Source: a virus
Lineage: Duplodnaviria > Caudoviricetes
Virus record (IMG/VR): IMGVR_UViG_3300020045_015702
Location: 1 to 28,509 of that record
Direction: 5' to 3' (one strand)
DNA: 28,509 nt
In this document: piece after piece, positions 1 to 9,260 of the stretch
Position numbering within the stretch: the first letter of the stretch is position 1
Layout of the letters: each line of letters starts with the position of its first letter
Program-made: the position numbers and the translations under genes
The notes under the pieces: generated by a model
Databases searched by the model: none
The model's input: the letters and a program-made list of their open reading frames with translations, nothing else
Told to the model about the DNA's origin: nothing

Positions 1-75
1 CTTGGATATCCCCGTGTCGGTTGCGCAAAATGGCAACGCTTTCAGTTTCCAACCCCTTGTCGTAAACAATGGAAT
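1..75. repeat. Exact 75-bp direct repeat of 1206-1280 (inverted interior of a tail-associated small gene)
   Basis: cttggatatcccc...cgtaaacaatggaat is identical at 1-75 and 1206-1280. Confidence 0.95.
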
Positions 76-98
76 TTGGGAGGCAAGATAAAAAATAG
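66..98. repeat. Exact 33-bp inverted repeat with 1020-1052, flanking CDS 102-962
   Basis: acaatggaatttgggaggcaagataaaaaatag at 66-98 is the reverse complement of 1020-1052. Confidence 0.95.
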
Positions 99-101
99 AT
101 T

Positions 102-962
102 ATGAATTTAATAACGCGTGAAATATTCAATTTGAAAAACGGATTTAAAGCAATAGATGAAATCACGTTTAGGGCATTTTCATTAAGGAAAATAAATTTG
201 GCTTATAATGGATATTGTATAAGAGTAGTAAGGTCTATTGATTATCAGTTGTTGGATATTGGGTTTGTAAACGGTGTTTTAGACACGGGTTTATTGCTCT
301 CTTTTGCACAAATGGGTTCTGCATATGTAGAAACTTGGTACGACCAATCAGGAAATGGCGCGAACGCAACACAAGTAGATTTAGGCAAGCAGCCGAGAAT
401 AGTCAATGAAGCAGTATTAGAAACAGTAAACGGAAAACCGAGTGTTTATTTTAACGGAGTAGCACAAAGAATGGAAACGGCCGCGTTTTCAATAGGTAAC
501 AGTGATTACAGTGTTCTTTTAGTGTCAAAATCAATAGGCTTAAACAGTTACGGGCGGGCGGTTATGGCAATAGGAAGCACAGATAATTCAAATGGGTGGT
601 ATCACGCATTGTCAAGGTCAAATATTTTAAACACTTTTAGATGGACACAAACGAGCGATGGCAATGGTGCGGGTGCGGTAAGCCAAAACCCAACGTCTGT
701 ATTTCCTACTTCTTTGTGTATGGCTATTTCTTTAGTTCCAAAGTCGGGAAACGTCACAAGTTATTTGAACAAAGTTTTGCAAGGAACAAGCGTTTCTCCA
801 AATCAAACGATAAATAACGCAAAAATTTGGATAGGAAATTATTATCAAGTTAATAGCTATTATCATCAAGGAAATATTTCTGAAATAATAATGTTTGACA
901 AAAACATATCGGCAAAACGAATAGAAATAGAAGATGGTACATCAAGTTTCTACGCATTATAG
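102..962 (+). CDS. Concanavalin A/LamG-like (arabinofuranosidase-B catalytic-like) lectin domain protein, putative tail adhesin
   Basis: AFSLRK..Y.G.CIRV.RS.D...DIGF..G.LD and WYDQSGNG motifs, C-terminal G.ISEIIMFD; N-terminus MNLITREIFNLK nearly identical to that of 3814-5382. Confidence 0.7.
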   Translation: MNLITREIFNLKNGFKAIDEITFRAFSLRKINLAYNGYCIRVVRSIDYQLLDIGFVNGVLDTGLLLSFAQMGSAYVETWYDQSGNGANATQVDLGKQPRIVNEAVLETVNGKPSVYFNGVAQRMETAAFSIGNSDYSVLLVSKSIGLNSYGRAVMAIGSTDNSNGWYHALSRSNILNTFRWTQTSDGNGAGAVSQNPTSVFPTSLCMAISLVPKSGNVTSYLNKVLQGTSVSPNQTINNAKIWIGNYYQVNSYYHQGNISEIIMFDKNISAKRIEIEDGTSSFYAL

Positions 963-1026
963 ATTGCTTTAAAAAAAGTAAAAACAAAATGAGCATCAAA
1001 AACGACATATTAATCGAAACTATTTT

Positions 1027-1319
1027 TTATCTTGCCTCCCAAATTCCATTGTAAACGTTGTCGGAAACCAAATTGTACATCAATCCTTTAAGCAACAAAA
1101 AGTCGTCCAATTCGCTTCCCTTTAAGGTTGTTTCTTCGCCATAAAGCGAAAGCAAAACTTCTTTTTGTTGGTCGTATTCCTCATACGATTTAACGTATTG
1201 TTTTACTTGGATATCCCCGTGTCGGTTGCGCAAAATGGCAACGCTTTCAGTTTCCAACCCCTTGTCGTAAACAATGGAATCCACCGCCTCGAAAGTGTAG
1301 GTTTTTAGCACACCGTCTT
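1027..1319 (-). pseudogene. 5'-truncated inverted paralog of CDS 3416-3802
   Basis: 83 of 92 aa identical to 3416-3802 from KTYTFEAV to the end; homology stops near 1319, so the first ~31 codons are missing. Confidence 0.8.
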
Positions 1320-1469
1320 AACTCGATTATCCAACTTATAAACGGGGTAAACGGGAAAAACAATTTACAGTTTATTTTTTCAGACGGCAGTAATGTTGAC
1401 GCTACTTATTACAACAAAGGATTTTTCTTCACGGACACTAACGAAGGTAATACAAGCGAATTCTCGAAG

Positions 1470-3404
1470 TTGATTATCAACAAGGAATCGCTTCAACCGA
1501 TAAATTTAACCGAATTATTTTCTTTGCTTTCTAATCTAGAAAATGCCGTAATAAAAATAGAAAATCCCGTCGATCCAAATAATGTTTTCAATTTTAAAAT
1601 TGATTCTATCCAGGATCAAGACGGTTATTTTGTGTTTGACGTTGCTGTTTTAAACGGATTTGCTTTAGGAAATTTAATTAACGAAACCATCTATAGTTTT
1701 TATTTTGACATAAAAAATGACAGCACTTCCGACCCGTTAAAACTCGACAAATCTACTTATACAGGAAACGCCGCAGATTTAGACAATAGAATTATTGAAT
1801 TAGAAAACGCTAATTTTCCTGATGCCGTATTAAAACATGGCGAAGTAGTGATGGTTGGAACCACTGCTACTATTGATGCGGGAGATTTTAATTGGAGGTT
1901 AAATCAGGTAGAATTTTTAAGTACTCCTGCTTATTCTACAACTATCGATGAGGCTACAGATGGATTTTATAGAAGCGATTTAATAGTAGGCGACAACACG
2001 GGAAATTATCATTTAGAAAAAGGAATAGAAGACGAATTTACCGCTCCTGAGCCATTAGTTCCTGAAGGAATGATAAAACTGTCATTAATACCTGTATTTG
2101 GGGCCATAATAGGAACTCCTGCAATACTTCCAAACTACGATGACAAATTTTTAAAAAGATATAAAACCACCTATAAAACAGCACAGCCTATTTTTAATTT
2201 AGAACCGGCGGAAGATGATTATAACATAATATTTAATAATACTTCAAATTCAGAAATAAGAATTTATCAAAATGGACACTTAGGAAAGTTTATTAAAAAC
2301 GGCGCTATTTATCCATTTAAAAGTAAGGGTTCAGCAATAGTTACCGTGGTAGCGGTAAATGGTACAGTTGTAGTTAACGCTCCAAATGGACTAATTTTAA
2401 ATAAAAATCAACAATGTTATTTGATTAAAGACGACTATAATGAATGGACTTTAATTAACCCAAGAAACTTACAAAACATTGACAATACCAGTGATACGAA
2501 CAAGCCAGTTTCAATTGCGCAACAAGCCGCTATAGATTTAAAAGTTGACAAAGTTACAGGAAAAGGACTTTCCACGGAAGATTACACCACTTCCGAGAAA
2601 AATAAACTTGCCAGTATTGATGCCACGCATTATTTACCACCTCTTCAAACCACGGTACAATTATCAGCCTTACCACAAGCTGGCGTTTCCGACAAAGCAA
2701 GGGTTTATGTTGAGGCAGATTTAAGCGATTATTTTTACGACACAACCGCTACAAGTGGCGACATTGCACCTGATGACCAAGTAGGAGGAATCGGTTTTTG
2801 GCGAAAAGTAGCCGTTGGTGGAGAAACCGCTGCAAGCATAAAAACAAAATATGAAAGCAATGCCGATACGAATGCTTTCACGAATGTCTTGAAAGCAAAA
2901 CTGGATTCCATTACCGAAATATTCACAACGGTTTTAAAAACAGCTTATGATAGTTCAGTTACTTGGATTAGTACAAATGGAGCTACTGTATTGGGTCATA
3001 TAGGGAGCGCACACGCTCCATCCAATGCGCAGAAAAACAGCGACATAACAAAGGCCGAAATTGAAGCAAAACTTACCGGAGAAATCACTACACATACGCA
3101 TCCGGCAGCGGCTCAAAATTTGGATATCACAATATTAAAAATCGGCACAAACACCACTTTAAACAACACCTATAACGGAAAAGTTATTTTATTGACTGCG
3201 AGTTGTACTCTTACGTTACCGAACGGTCTTGCCTTGGGATTTAATTACTCCGTTAAAACAAGGGCGGGAGTTACGCTGACTTATGCTTTGGGAGGTTCAA
3301 TTGTTTTGTTAGACAATGTAGGAACGACAATGGCTGAAAAGCTATCCCACACAATCGCGAACACGGGTGTTGCAAATGAATATTTATGCGTGGGTAATCT
3401 TTAA
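1470..3404 (+). CDS. Tail fibre-like structural protein, probably lacking its true N-terminus
   Basis: Tail-fibre-type motifs DNTSDTNKPVSIAQQ, KVDKVTGKGLSTEDYTTSEKNKL, HAPSNAQKNSDITKAEIE; the frame stays open upstream to at least 1311 without a start codon. Confidence 0.7.
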   Translation: MIINKESLQPINLTELFSLLSNLENAVIKIENPVDPNNVFNFKIDSIQDQDGYFVFDVAVLNGFALGNLINETIYSFYFDIKNDSTSDPLKLDKSTYTGNAADLDNRIIELENANFPDAVLKHGEVVMVGTTATIDAGDFNWRLNQVEFLSTPAYSTTIDEATDGFYRSDLIVGDNTGNYHLEKGIEDEFTAPEPLVPEGMIKLSLIPVFGAIIGTPAILPNYDDKFLKRYKTTYKTAQPIFNLEPAEDDYNIIFNNTSNSEIRIYQNGHLGKFIKNGAIYPFKSKGSAIVTVVAVNGTVVVNAPNGLILNKNQQCYLIKDDYNEWTLINPRNLQNIDNTSDTNKPVSIAQQAAIDLKVDKVTGKGLSTEDYTTSEKNKLASIDATHYLPPLQTTVQLSALPQAGVSDKARVYVEADLSDYFYDTTATSGDIAPDDQVGGIGFWRKVAVGGETAASIKTKYESNADTNAFTNVLKAKLDSITEIFTTVLKTAYDSSVTWISTNGATVLGHIGSAHAPSNAQKNSDITKAEIEAKLTGEITTHTHPAAAQNLDITILKIGTNTTLNNTYNGKVILLTASCTLTLPNGLALGFNYSVKTRAGVTLTYALGGSIVLLDNVGTTMAEKLSHTIANTGVANEYLCVGNL

Positions 3405-3415
3405 AAAAAAATAGT

Positions 3416-3802
3416 ATGAAAGTTATAACGGTAGAAAAAGTCTTTTTATGTCAAGACCGTGAGGGCAAAGTAATCGAGCACGTACAAATTGATTTTAAAT
3501 TAATAAACAAAGACGATGTGAACAAAACTTACACTTTTGAGGCGGTGGATAGCATTGTTTACGACAAGGGATTGGAAACGGAAAGCGTTGCGGTTTTACG
3601 CAATCGACACGGTGAAATCCAAACTAAGACCTATCAAAAAACCTATGAGGAATATGACCAACAAAAAGAAGTTTTGCTTTCGCTTTATGGCGAGGAAACA
3701 ACGTTGGTTGGAAGCGAACTGGACGACTTTTTGTTGTTGAAAGGCTTGATGTATAATTTGGTTTCCGACAACGTTTATGACGGAATTTGGGATGCAAGAT
3801 AA
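3416..3802 (+). CDS. Small tail-associated protein (chaperone-like by position)
   Basis: 128-aa ORF between tail fibre and adhesin; paralog at 1027-1319. Confidence 0.6.
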   Translation: MKVITVEKVFLCQDREGKVIEHVQIDFKLINKDDVNKTYTFEAVDSIVYDKGLETESVAVLRNRHGEIQTKTYQKTYEEYDQQKEVLLSLYGEETTLVGSELDDFLLLKGLMYNLVSDNVYDGIWDAR

Positions 3803-3813
3803 AATAAAAAATT

Positions 3814-5382
3814 ATGAATTTAATTGCGAGGGAAATATTTAATTTAAAAAGTGGTTTGGGTGGAACTAATTTTGAAGTTGGTGGATATGCAAATAGTATA
3901 AACACCCCGCAATTATTGGCGAATAAATTACAAATTGATGTTTCAAGAATTACAAATTTTGCAATTGTTGGCGCGGATGTTAAATGTAGGATTTCGGGCA
4001 GTTTTCCTTTAAATGGTGGCGCGCCACAATTTGGATTTCAAGGTTCTTATTATTCGTATTTAAAAGATAATGATGGTTTAATAACGGCAATAGGTACGGG
4101 TAGTTTTTACGCAAGTGATTTGATTAATAGCGCAAATACGGGAGATATTATTTTAAAAAACTGTTTAACAATTGCAAACGATGCTTTTAATAGGGCAATG
4201 TTTGTGAATTATATATTTGAAAACGCAACGGCAGTTGGTGCGAATGCGTTTGTTAATGCGTATAGATTAAAAATAGTCTATATTCCGAGAGTTTTGACTT
4301 TAGGCAATGATGTTTTGGATAATGTAACATTTGGAAACATTCAGAAAGATTCTGTTATTTATTGTCATCCATCATTACAAACTTGCAATAGCGGGAATCC
4401 CGATGGTGATTTGCAATATGCTGTTTCAATGGGTGCAATTGTAAGATATGTTACAAATTTTGTGGCTCCAAGTAAACCAACAAACATTTCGTTTACTGAT
4501 ATTTATTCAACGGTATTTAAAATAGTTGTTGACTGTATAAATACAAATTCAATTGATTATTACGAGGTATTTATAAATGGGATTTATTATTCAAATTTTA
4601 AAATTGGCTCGTATATTTTTGGATTAAACGCGTTAACAATCTATCAAGTTTCAGTTGTTGTGGTTGATGTTTTTTTAAATAAATCAGTGATTAGCGAACA
4701 ATTTCAAGTTACAACAAATAATCAATCTTCAATTGTAACAGTTCCCAATTTAACGGGATATTATCGTTTGGATGGTAATTCAAACGATTCATTCGGCATA
4801 ATTAACGGAGTTGATTTAAATATGGCTTATGGAACTGGAAAAATAGGTCAATGTGCCGTTTTTAACAAAACATCAAGAAACATAAAATTCAATAACTCTA
4901 TATATGATATTTTTGGAACGCAAGCATATTCTTTTAGCTTGTGGATTAACGCGACCACTTTACCCGATAGTGGAAAATCAACTTCAATTGTTTCATTTGA
5001 ACAAAGTAATTCAGTATCAACGCGTGACAAGGCAATAAGATTGTATTCAAGTGGTTTGGTTGAGCATTATGGATATGATGGCGGACCTAAATATGCGCAA
5101 AGCCAAAGCGGAACAGTAACGGTAGGGAGTTGGTTTTATATAACGGCAACATTCGGCGCGGGAGTTTTAAAAATATACGTTAATTCAGTTTTAAAAGGGA
5201 GTGTGAATTGTGCTTCCACATACGATTTTTCCAGTCCAGTTTTAGTGCTTAATCAATTTAGTACTTCGGGAACGGATACGTATTTCGATGGATTAATTGA
5301 TGAATTTGCAGTGTTTAAGAAAGAATTAACTCAAAATGAAATTAATATGATATATAACAACGGCAACGGAATCACTTTATAA
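3814..5382 (+). CDS. Adhesin-like protein: BspA-type leucine-rich repeats + FN3 + LamG domain
   Basis: TAIGTGSF/TIANDAF/TAVGANAF repeats; APSKPTNI..YEVFING..GL...TIYQVSV FN3 pattern; YYRLDGNSND...GKIG...FSLWIN...FDGLIDEFAVF LamG pattern. Confidence 0.75.
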   Translation: MNLIAREIFNLKSGLGGTNFEVGGYANSINTPQLLANKLQIDVSRITNFAIVGADVKCRISGSFPLNGGAPQFGFQGSYYSYLKDNDGLITAIGTGSFYASDLINSANTGDIILKNCLTIANDAFNRAMFVNYIFENATAVGANAFVNAYRLKIVYIPRVLTLGNDVLDNVTFGNIQKDSVIYCHPSLQTCNSGNPDGDLQYAVSMGAIVRYVTNFVAPSKPTNISFTDIYSTVFKIVVDCINTNSIDYYEVFINGIYYSNFKIGSYIFGLNALTIYQVSVVVVDVFLNKSVISEQFQVTTNNQSSIVTVPNLTGYYRLDGNSNDSFGIINGVDLNMAYGTGKIGQCAVFNKTSRNIKFNNSIYDIFGTQAYSFSLWINATTLPDSGKSTSIVSFEQSNSVSTRDKAIRLYSSGLVEHYGYDGGPKYAQSQSGTVTVGSWFYITATFGAGVLKIYVNSVLKGSVNCASTYDFSSPVLVLNQFSTSGTDTYFDGLIDEFAVFKKELTQNEINMIYNNGNGITL

Positions 5383-5383
5383 A

Positions 5384-5812
5384 ATGGAAGCAACAACCAA
5401 CATATTCAATCATTCGAATTGGCAAAAATGCCGTAAACTTTTGAATGCGAAAGGTTACGGAAAAGAAGAAATAAAAGTGTATAAGAAAGCCTTTTTGTAT
5501 TTCGCATTGAATCCAAACAAATTTGATGGCGCAACATTTTCAAAGGATTTGTGCGATATAAAAGGAATTGATTTGGACGCTATGCTGCACGACTACCACT
5601 ATTGTAATTACAATGTTTGTTCAAATTTTGCGACCAAATGGAAAGCGGATTGGATTTTTGCAAAAGGAATGGAAAGAAAAGGCAAAAGTCAATATAGTGC
5701 GTTTGGAAGGTTTATTGGATTGTCGATTGTTGGATTGTTCACAGTGCCTTTCACTTGGAAAAAAGCGAATAAAGAAGAAATTCAAAAAGATTATAAAATT
5801 TTAATAAAATAA
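5384..5812 (+). CDS. Hypothetical protein with HDYxY/KAD motif (DUF1353/PLA2-like)
   Basis: DAMLHDYHY...KADWIF motif and a C-terminal hydrophobic stretch. Confidence 0.5.
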   Translation: MEATTNIFNHSNWQKCRKLLNAKGYGKEEIKVYKKAFLYFALNPNKFDGATFSKDLCDIKGIDLDAMLHDYHYCNYNVCSNFATKWKADWIFAKGMERKGKSQYSAFGRFIGLSIVGLFTVPFTWKKANKEEIQKDYKILIK

Positions 5813-5818
5813 ACAATT

Positions 5819-5845
5819 ATGAATTACATAAAAGAAACACTTTGC
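5819..5845 (+). repeat. 27-bp direct repeat (1 mismatch) of the holin start 6524-6550
   Basis: atgaattAcataaaagaaacactttgc vs atgaattTcataaaagaaacactttgc. Confidence 0.9.
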
Positions 5846-5889
5846 GGTTTAAATCCGGATGATTGGGAATTTACACCAGATGCGGAATA

Positions 5890-6213
5890 ATGGGCTTCTT
5901 ATTATTTATTATCGCATACATCCTGTTCTTGCCATTGAGCCTAATCAATTATTGTGTTGTTAAGAACAAAAAAGGCTATTTCAAAAGTTCAGCAATCAAC
6001 TTGGATAAGTTTGGAAACAGGGAGTTTAGAACATTGCTTAATTTGACATTAAGACTTGAAACTGGTTATCAGTTTGGAAATATGAACGAAACTATTTCGG
6101 GAGTGTTGGGAAAAAATGAAAGAGATAAAACACTTTCTAAAACTGGCAAAAAATTAGTTTGGATATTAAATAAACTAGACAAAAATCACTGTTTTAAAAG
6201 TATAGACAAATAA
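5890..6213 (+). CDS. Small membrane-anchored phage protein preceding lysis genes
   Basis: ATG at 5890 (TAATG overlap) followed by a hydrophobic helix; NLDKFGN and FGN..ETIS.VLGKN motifs. Confidence 0.65.
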   Translation: MGFLLFIIAYILFLPLSLINYCVVKNKKGYFKSSAINLDKFGNREFRTLLNLTLRLETGYQFGNMNETISGVLGKNERDKTLSKTGKKLVWILNKLDKNHCFKSIDK

Positions 6214-6284
6214 AAAAAGGCGGGTGCATAATTATTAGATGCTGGTTGGAGAGAACGAGGCCGCCTTTTAAAATCAATAGATAA

Positions 6285-6527
6285 ATGAACTGCCAATATT
6301 GCCCAGATAAAGCAACAACTAGCCACAATGAAGAATACTTGTGTGAAAGGCATTATGATGTATTGTATCAAAAAGAATTGAAAGTTCTTCAACTTATGGA
6401 AGTGCCAAAAACAAGATTAGAAAAAAGGTTAAACAAAAAATATATGAAGCTAATGGAAGGAGAAATCACTCCTGAAATAGTGGAAGAATTTAAAAAAGAT
6501 GTAAAAAAACTAAAAATTAAAAAATGA
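6285..6527 (+). CDS. Hypothetical protein with putative Zn-binding CxxC...CxxH motif
   Basis: MNCQYC...YLCERH; ATGA overlap with the holin start. Confidence 0.55.
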   Translation: MNCQYCPDKATTSHNEEYLCERHYDVLYQKELKVLQLMEVPKTRLEKRLNKKYMKLMEGEITPEIVEEFKKDVKKLKIKK

Positions 6528-7051
6528 ATTTCATAAAAGAAACACTTTGCAGAATTATTTTATTGGTCGATAATCGCCCAACATTTACAGATAAAATATG
6601 GTACTTTTTTCAAGTTCTTGGAACGTTTGCCCCGATCGCTTATTTACTCGATGGATTAAATTTTTGGTTTAAAACCAATCAACAATTTTCATCATTCATT
6701 TTGATTTGTTTGTTGGTAAATATGATAGTTGGAGCGGTTTTTCACAACAAAATGGGTTCTTTTGATTGGGTTGAAATGTTTAAAAAAAATGTCTTAATGT
6801 GGGTAGTTTTAATTGTCGTTTATGCGATGCTCGAAATGTTGCGACTTACAGCCGGTAATAATTTTGTTGGCGAAACATTCAAAATATTGATCCAGGTTGT
6901 TACACTTTTATATCCAGTGTCAAAAGTTTTGAAAAATATATACATTCTTTCAAACAAGCAATTTCCGCCAGCTTTCATTATGGACAAAATATACAACTTC
7001 GAAAAAAACGGAGACTTGAAAGATTTATTCGACACCGATAAAAAAGAGTAA
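6524..7051 (+). CDS. Holin (multi-TM)
   Basis: 3-4 hydrophobic helices, charged C-terminus, directly upstream of the endolysin. Confidence 0.7.
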   Translation: MNFIKETLCRIILLVDNRPTFTDKIWYFFQVLGTFAPIAYLLDGLNFWFKTNQQFSSFILICLLVNMIVGAVFHNKMGSFDWVEMFKKNVLMWVVLIVVYAMLEMLRLTAGNNFVGETFKILIQVVTLLYPVSKVLKNIYILSNKQFPPAFIMDKIYNFEKNGDLKDLFDTDKKE

Positions 7052-7052
7052 T

Positions 7053-7595
7053 ATGAAGAAAATTACACTCCAAGAAATCCAATCTTTAGCCCTTGAATTT
7101 GGGGTTCCAACTTCAAGAATTCAAGCCGTAAAGCACGTTGAAAGCGGTGGCATTGGCTTTGATAAAATAACGGGAAAAATAATCATCCAGTTTGAGCCGG
7201 TATGGTTCAAAAGAAAATCGCCATACACACCCTCTGGAAAATGGAGTTTGAATAAAGTAGAACGTCAAGCTAAAGAATGGGAAGCGTTCAATGATGCTTT
7301 CACCAAAAATCCTAACGCAGCAATGGAAGCCACATCTATTGGAATGATGCAGGTAATGGGCTTTCATTGGAAATTATTAGGATTCAAGTCTGTTGGTGCG
7401 ATGTGGGATTATGCCAAAGAATCCGAGCACAACCAATTAAGATTGGGATTGCTTTTCATAAAGTCAAACAAAAAAATGTTTGATGGATTGGTAAAAGGAG
7501 CGTGGAAAGTTGTGGCCTATTATTACAATGGCGAAAACTATTGGATTTTACAATATGATTTAAAATTGGCAGCAGCCGAAAAACTATACTTATGA
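7053..7595 (+). CDS. Endolysin, N-acetylmuramidase (DUF3380/Muraidase-type)
   Basis: AV..VESGG.GF, IQFEP.WF, S.GMMQVMGFHW and YYNG motifs. Confidence 0.85.
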   Translation: MKKITLQEIQSLALEFGVPTSRIQAVKHVESGGIGFDKITGKIIIQFEPVWFKRKSPYTPSGKWSLNKVERQAKEWEAFNDAFTKNPNAAMEATSIGMMQVMGFHWKLLGFKSVGAMWDYAKESEHNQLRLGLLFIKSNKKMFDGLVKGAWKVVAYYYNGENYWILQYDLKLAAAEKLYL

Positions 7596-8212
7596 GCTTT
7601 ATCACACCATACATCCAAACGATCAGAACCATTTTAATAATTGCCGGAATTGCTTTGGCAATTTGGTTTTACAAAGATTGGCAGTTTCAAAAGGCTGAAA
7701 ATATTCGACAATCTGAAAATATGCATCAAACACGCATTGCTGACAGTTTGCATTTTTCTAGTCAAAATTTAAACTCTGATGAGATAAAAGAGTATTTGGA
7801 ATATCAGAATTCAGATCTAAAAAATAAGCTCGCAAAAGAAGGCATTAAGCTAAATAGAATTGAAGGCATCATTGCACAAACATTCAAATATCGAGATACT
7901 GTCAAAAGGGAAACCGATGTTTCCGGATTGGTAACTGCAATAAAAAATAGTATTCCAAAAAATCAAGAATGGATTGACACCTCAAAATGCCAAACAATTA
8001 AAGGAATGGTTTCTTTCGATGGCCAAAAACTTAAAGTCATTGTGAATGATCGCCAATTCAATAATAAATCAGATGCAGTTGCTTATTGGGAAAGGCGCCA
8101 ATGGAATTTTTTAGGAATAAAAACCCGGTTCCTGGGAAAGAAACAATTTACTTCAAAAGCATTCGATGAATGTGGAGAAACTAAAATATTGAAGATTGAA
8201 AAGAAAAATTAG
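7592..8212 (+). CDS. Spanin-like lysis protein
   Basis: N-terminal TM helix then predicted coiled coil; overlaps endolysin stop. Confidence 0.55.
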   Translation: MSFITPYIQTIRTILIIAGIALAIWFYKDWQFQKAENIRQSENMHQTRIADSLHFSSQNLNSDEIKEYLEYQNSDLKNKLAKEGIKLNRIEGIIAQTFKYRDTVKRETDVSGLVTAIKNSIPKNQEWIDTSKCQTIKGMVSFDGQKLKVIVNDRQFNNKSDAVAYWERRQWNFLGIKTRFLGKKQFTSKAFDECGETKILKIEKKN

Positions 8213-8240
8213 TTTTGGTTAATTAGTTTGAATTGGGGAG

Positions 8241-8270
8241 AAAGCGCATCAGAAATGGTGCGTTTTTTTT
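8241..8270 (+). terminator. Intrinsic terminator ending the late/lysis operon
   Basis: gcgcatca-gaaa-tggtgcgt stem-loop followed by a T run. Confidence 0.85.
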
Positions 8271-8335
8271 GTTTAAATTCTTTAGTGGCAGATTACACTA
8301 TTTAGAATGATTTTAAATTACATTTTTAAATAAAA

Positions 8336-8383
8336 ATAATATACCAAGTATGGTATATTATCTAAATGAAATTCGTATATTTG
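8336..8383 (+). promoter_or_regulatory. Bacteroidota-type promoter (-7 TAnnTTTG) with upstream 11-bp palindromic operator
   Basis: ATAATATACCA-agta-TGGTATATTAT (8336-8361); TATATTTG at 8376-8383. Confidence 0.65.
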
Positions 8384-8463
8384 TACAAGAGTTAAGGAAG
8401 TGATTTACACGGCAAACTTTGAAAAGGAGATCGGCAACTTCATAACAAACGGCAAAAATTAAA

Positions 8464-9027
8464 ATGAAAACTATTTCACAAAAACAATTCGAAACAGCAG
8501 TAGCAAAAGTATTAAAAGGTGGTAAATCTAATTTAATTTCAACAAGTGAGGTAAAACCTCTTTACTGGACTAGAAGTGGAGGATACAATAACCTAAGAGG
8601 TTCAATTCCTGCAAACTCTAAATTTTTAAGAAATGATGCTAGAGGAGGGAAAGAAAATGATGTTTATTTAGTTTGCAATTTAGCAGCTGGTTATGAAATT
8701 GCAAAAACTAAAGCAGAATTGAAAAAAGAAACTGCTTTAAAAGCAAAGCAAAACAAATTGTTGTCATCTTTAAGACAAGCAAAAGCAAATGAGATGAAAA
8801 ATTTAGCCACAAAACTTGGATTTAGTTCGGTTGCAAAATTAAAAGAAGCTCAAAAAGAAATTGATACTTTTAATAATGCAAGATTTGACCGTGCTATTGC
8901 CAAAAGATTAGAAACTTACGAATCTGAATTTGGTAAATTTCAAGAATACAAACTTGCCGATAGAGTTAGAATTTCAAGAATTGAATTAGTTTTTGATTGT
9001 GAAAAAAAAGAAAATTTATTTGTATAA
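8464..9027 (+). CDS. Basic hypothetical protein (moron-like)
   Basis: 187-aa lysine-rich ORF with its own promoter. Confidence 0.7.
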   Translation: MKTISQKQFETAVAKVLKGGKSNLISTSEVKPLYWTRSGGYNNLRGSIPANSKFLRNDARGGKENDVYLVCNLAAGYEIAKTKAELKKETALKAKQNKLLSSLRQAKANEMKNLATKLGFSSVAKLKEAQKEIDTFNNARFDRAIAKRLETYESEFGKFQEYKLADRVRISRIELVFDCEKKENLFV

Positions 9028-9029
9028 TT

Positions 9030-9260
9030 ATGGCTGAAAACACAAACCAAAACGAGCAATGGAAGTTGCTCGTTTCTTTTCTCGATGAAATTCGACAGAA
9101 AAACAATTTATCAATTAATGAAATTGCTCTTAGAGCAGGAATCAAACAAGGTCACGTTTCAAGATTTTTCTCTTGTAAATTTGAGCCAAAACTTTCCACT
9201 TTTCTGAAAATTTCCAACGCTGTAAAAGCTAATTTAAAAATTAACGATGAAAAAATTTAG
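9030..9260 (+). CDS. XRE-family HTH regulator
   Basis: IRQKNNLSINEIALRAGIKQGHVSRFFS..EPKLSTFLKI. Confidence 0.85.
   Translation: MAENTNQNEQWKLLVSFLDEIRQKNNLSINEIALRAGIKQGHVSRFFSCKFEPKLSTFLKISNAVKANLKINDEKI

Noticed and set aside
102-5382. Tail adhesins as additional DGR targets
   Set aside because: No TR-like sequence seen by eye in these genes; an alignment should confirm this
6215-6269. AAAAGGCGG/CCGCCTTTT inverted repeat as terminator or ncRNA
   Set aside because: 37-nt interval with only weak inner pairing; function cannot be supported
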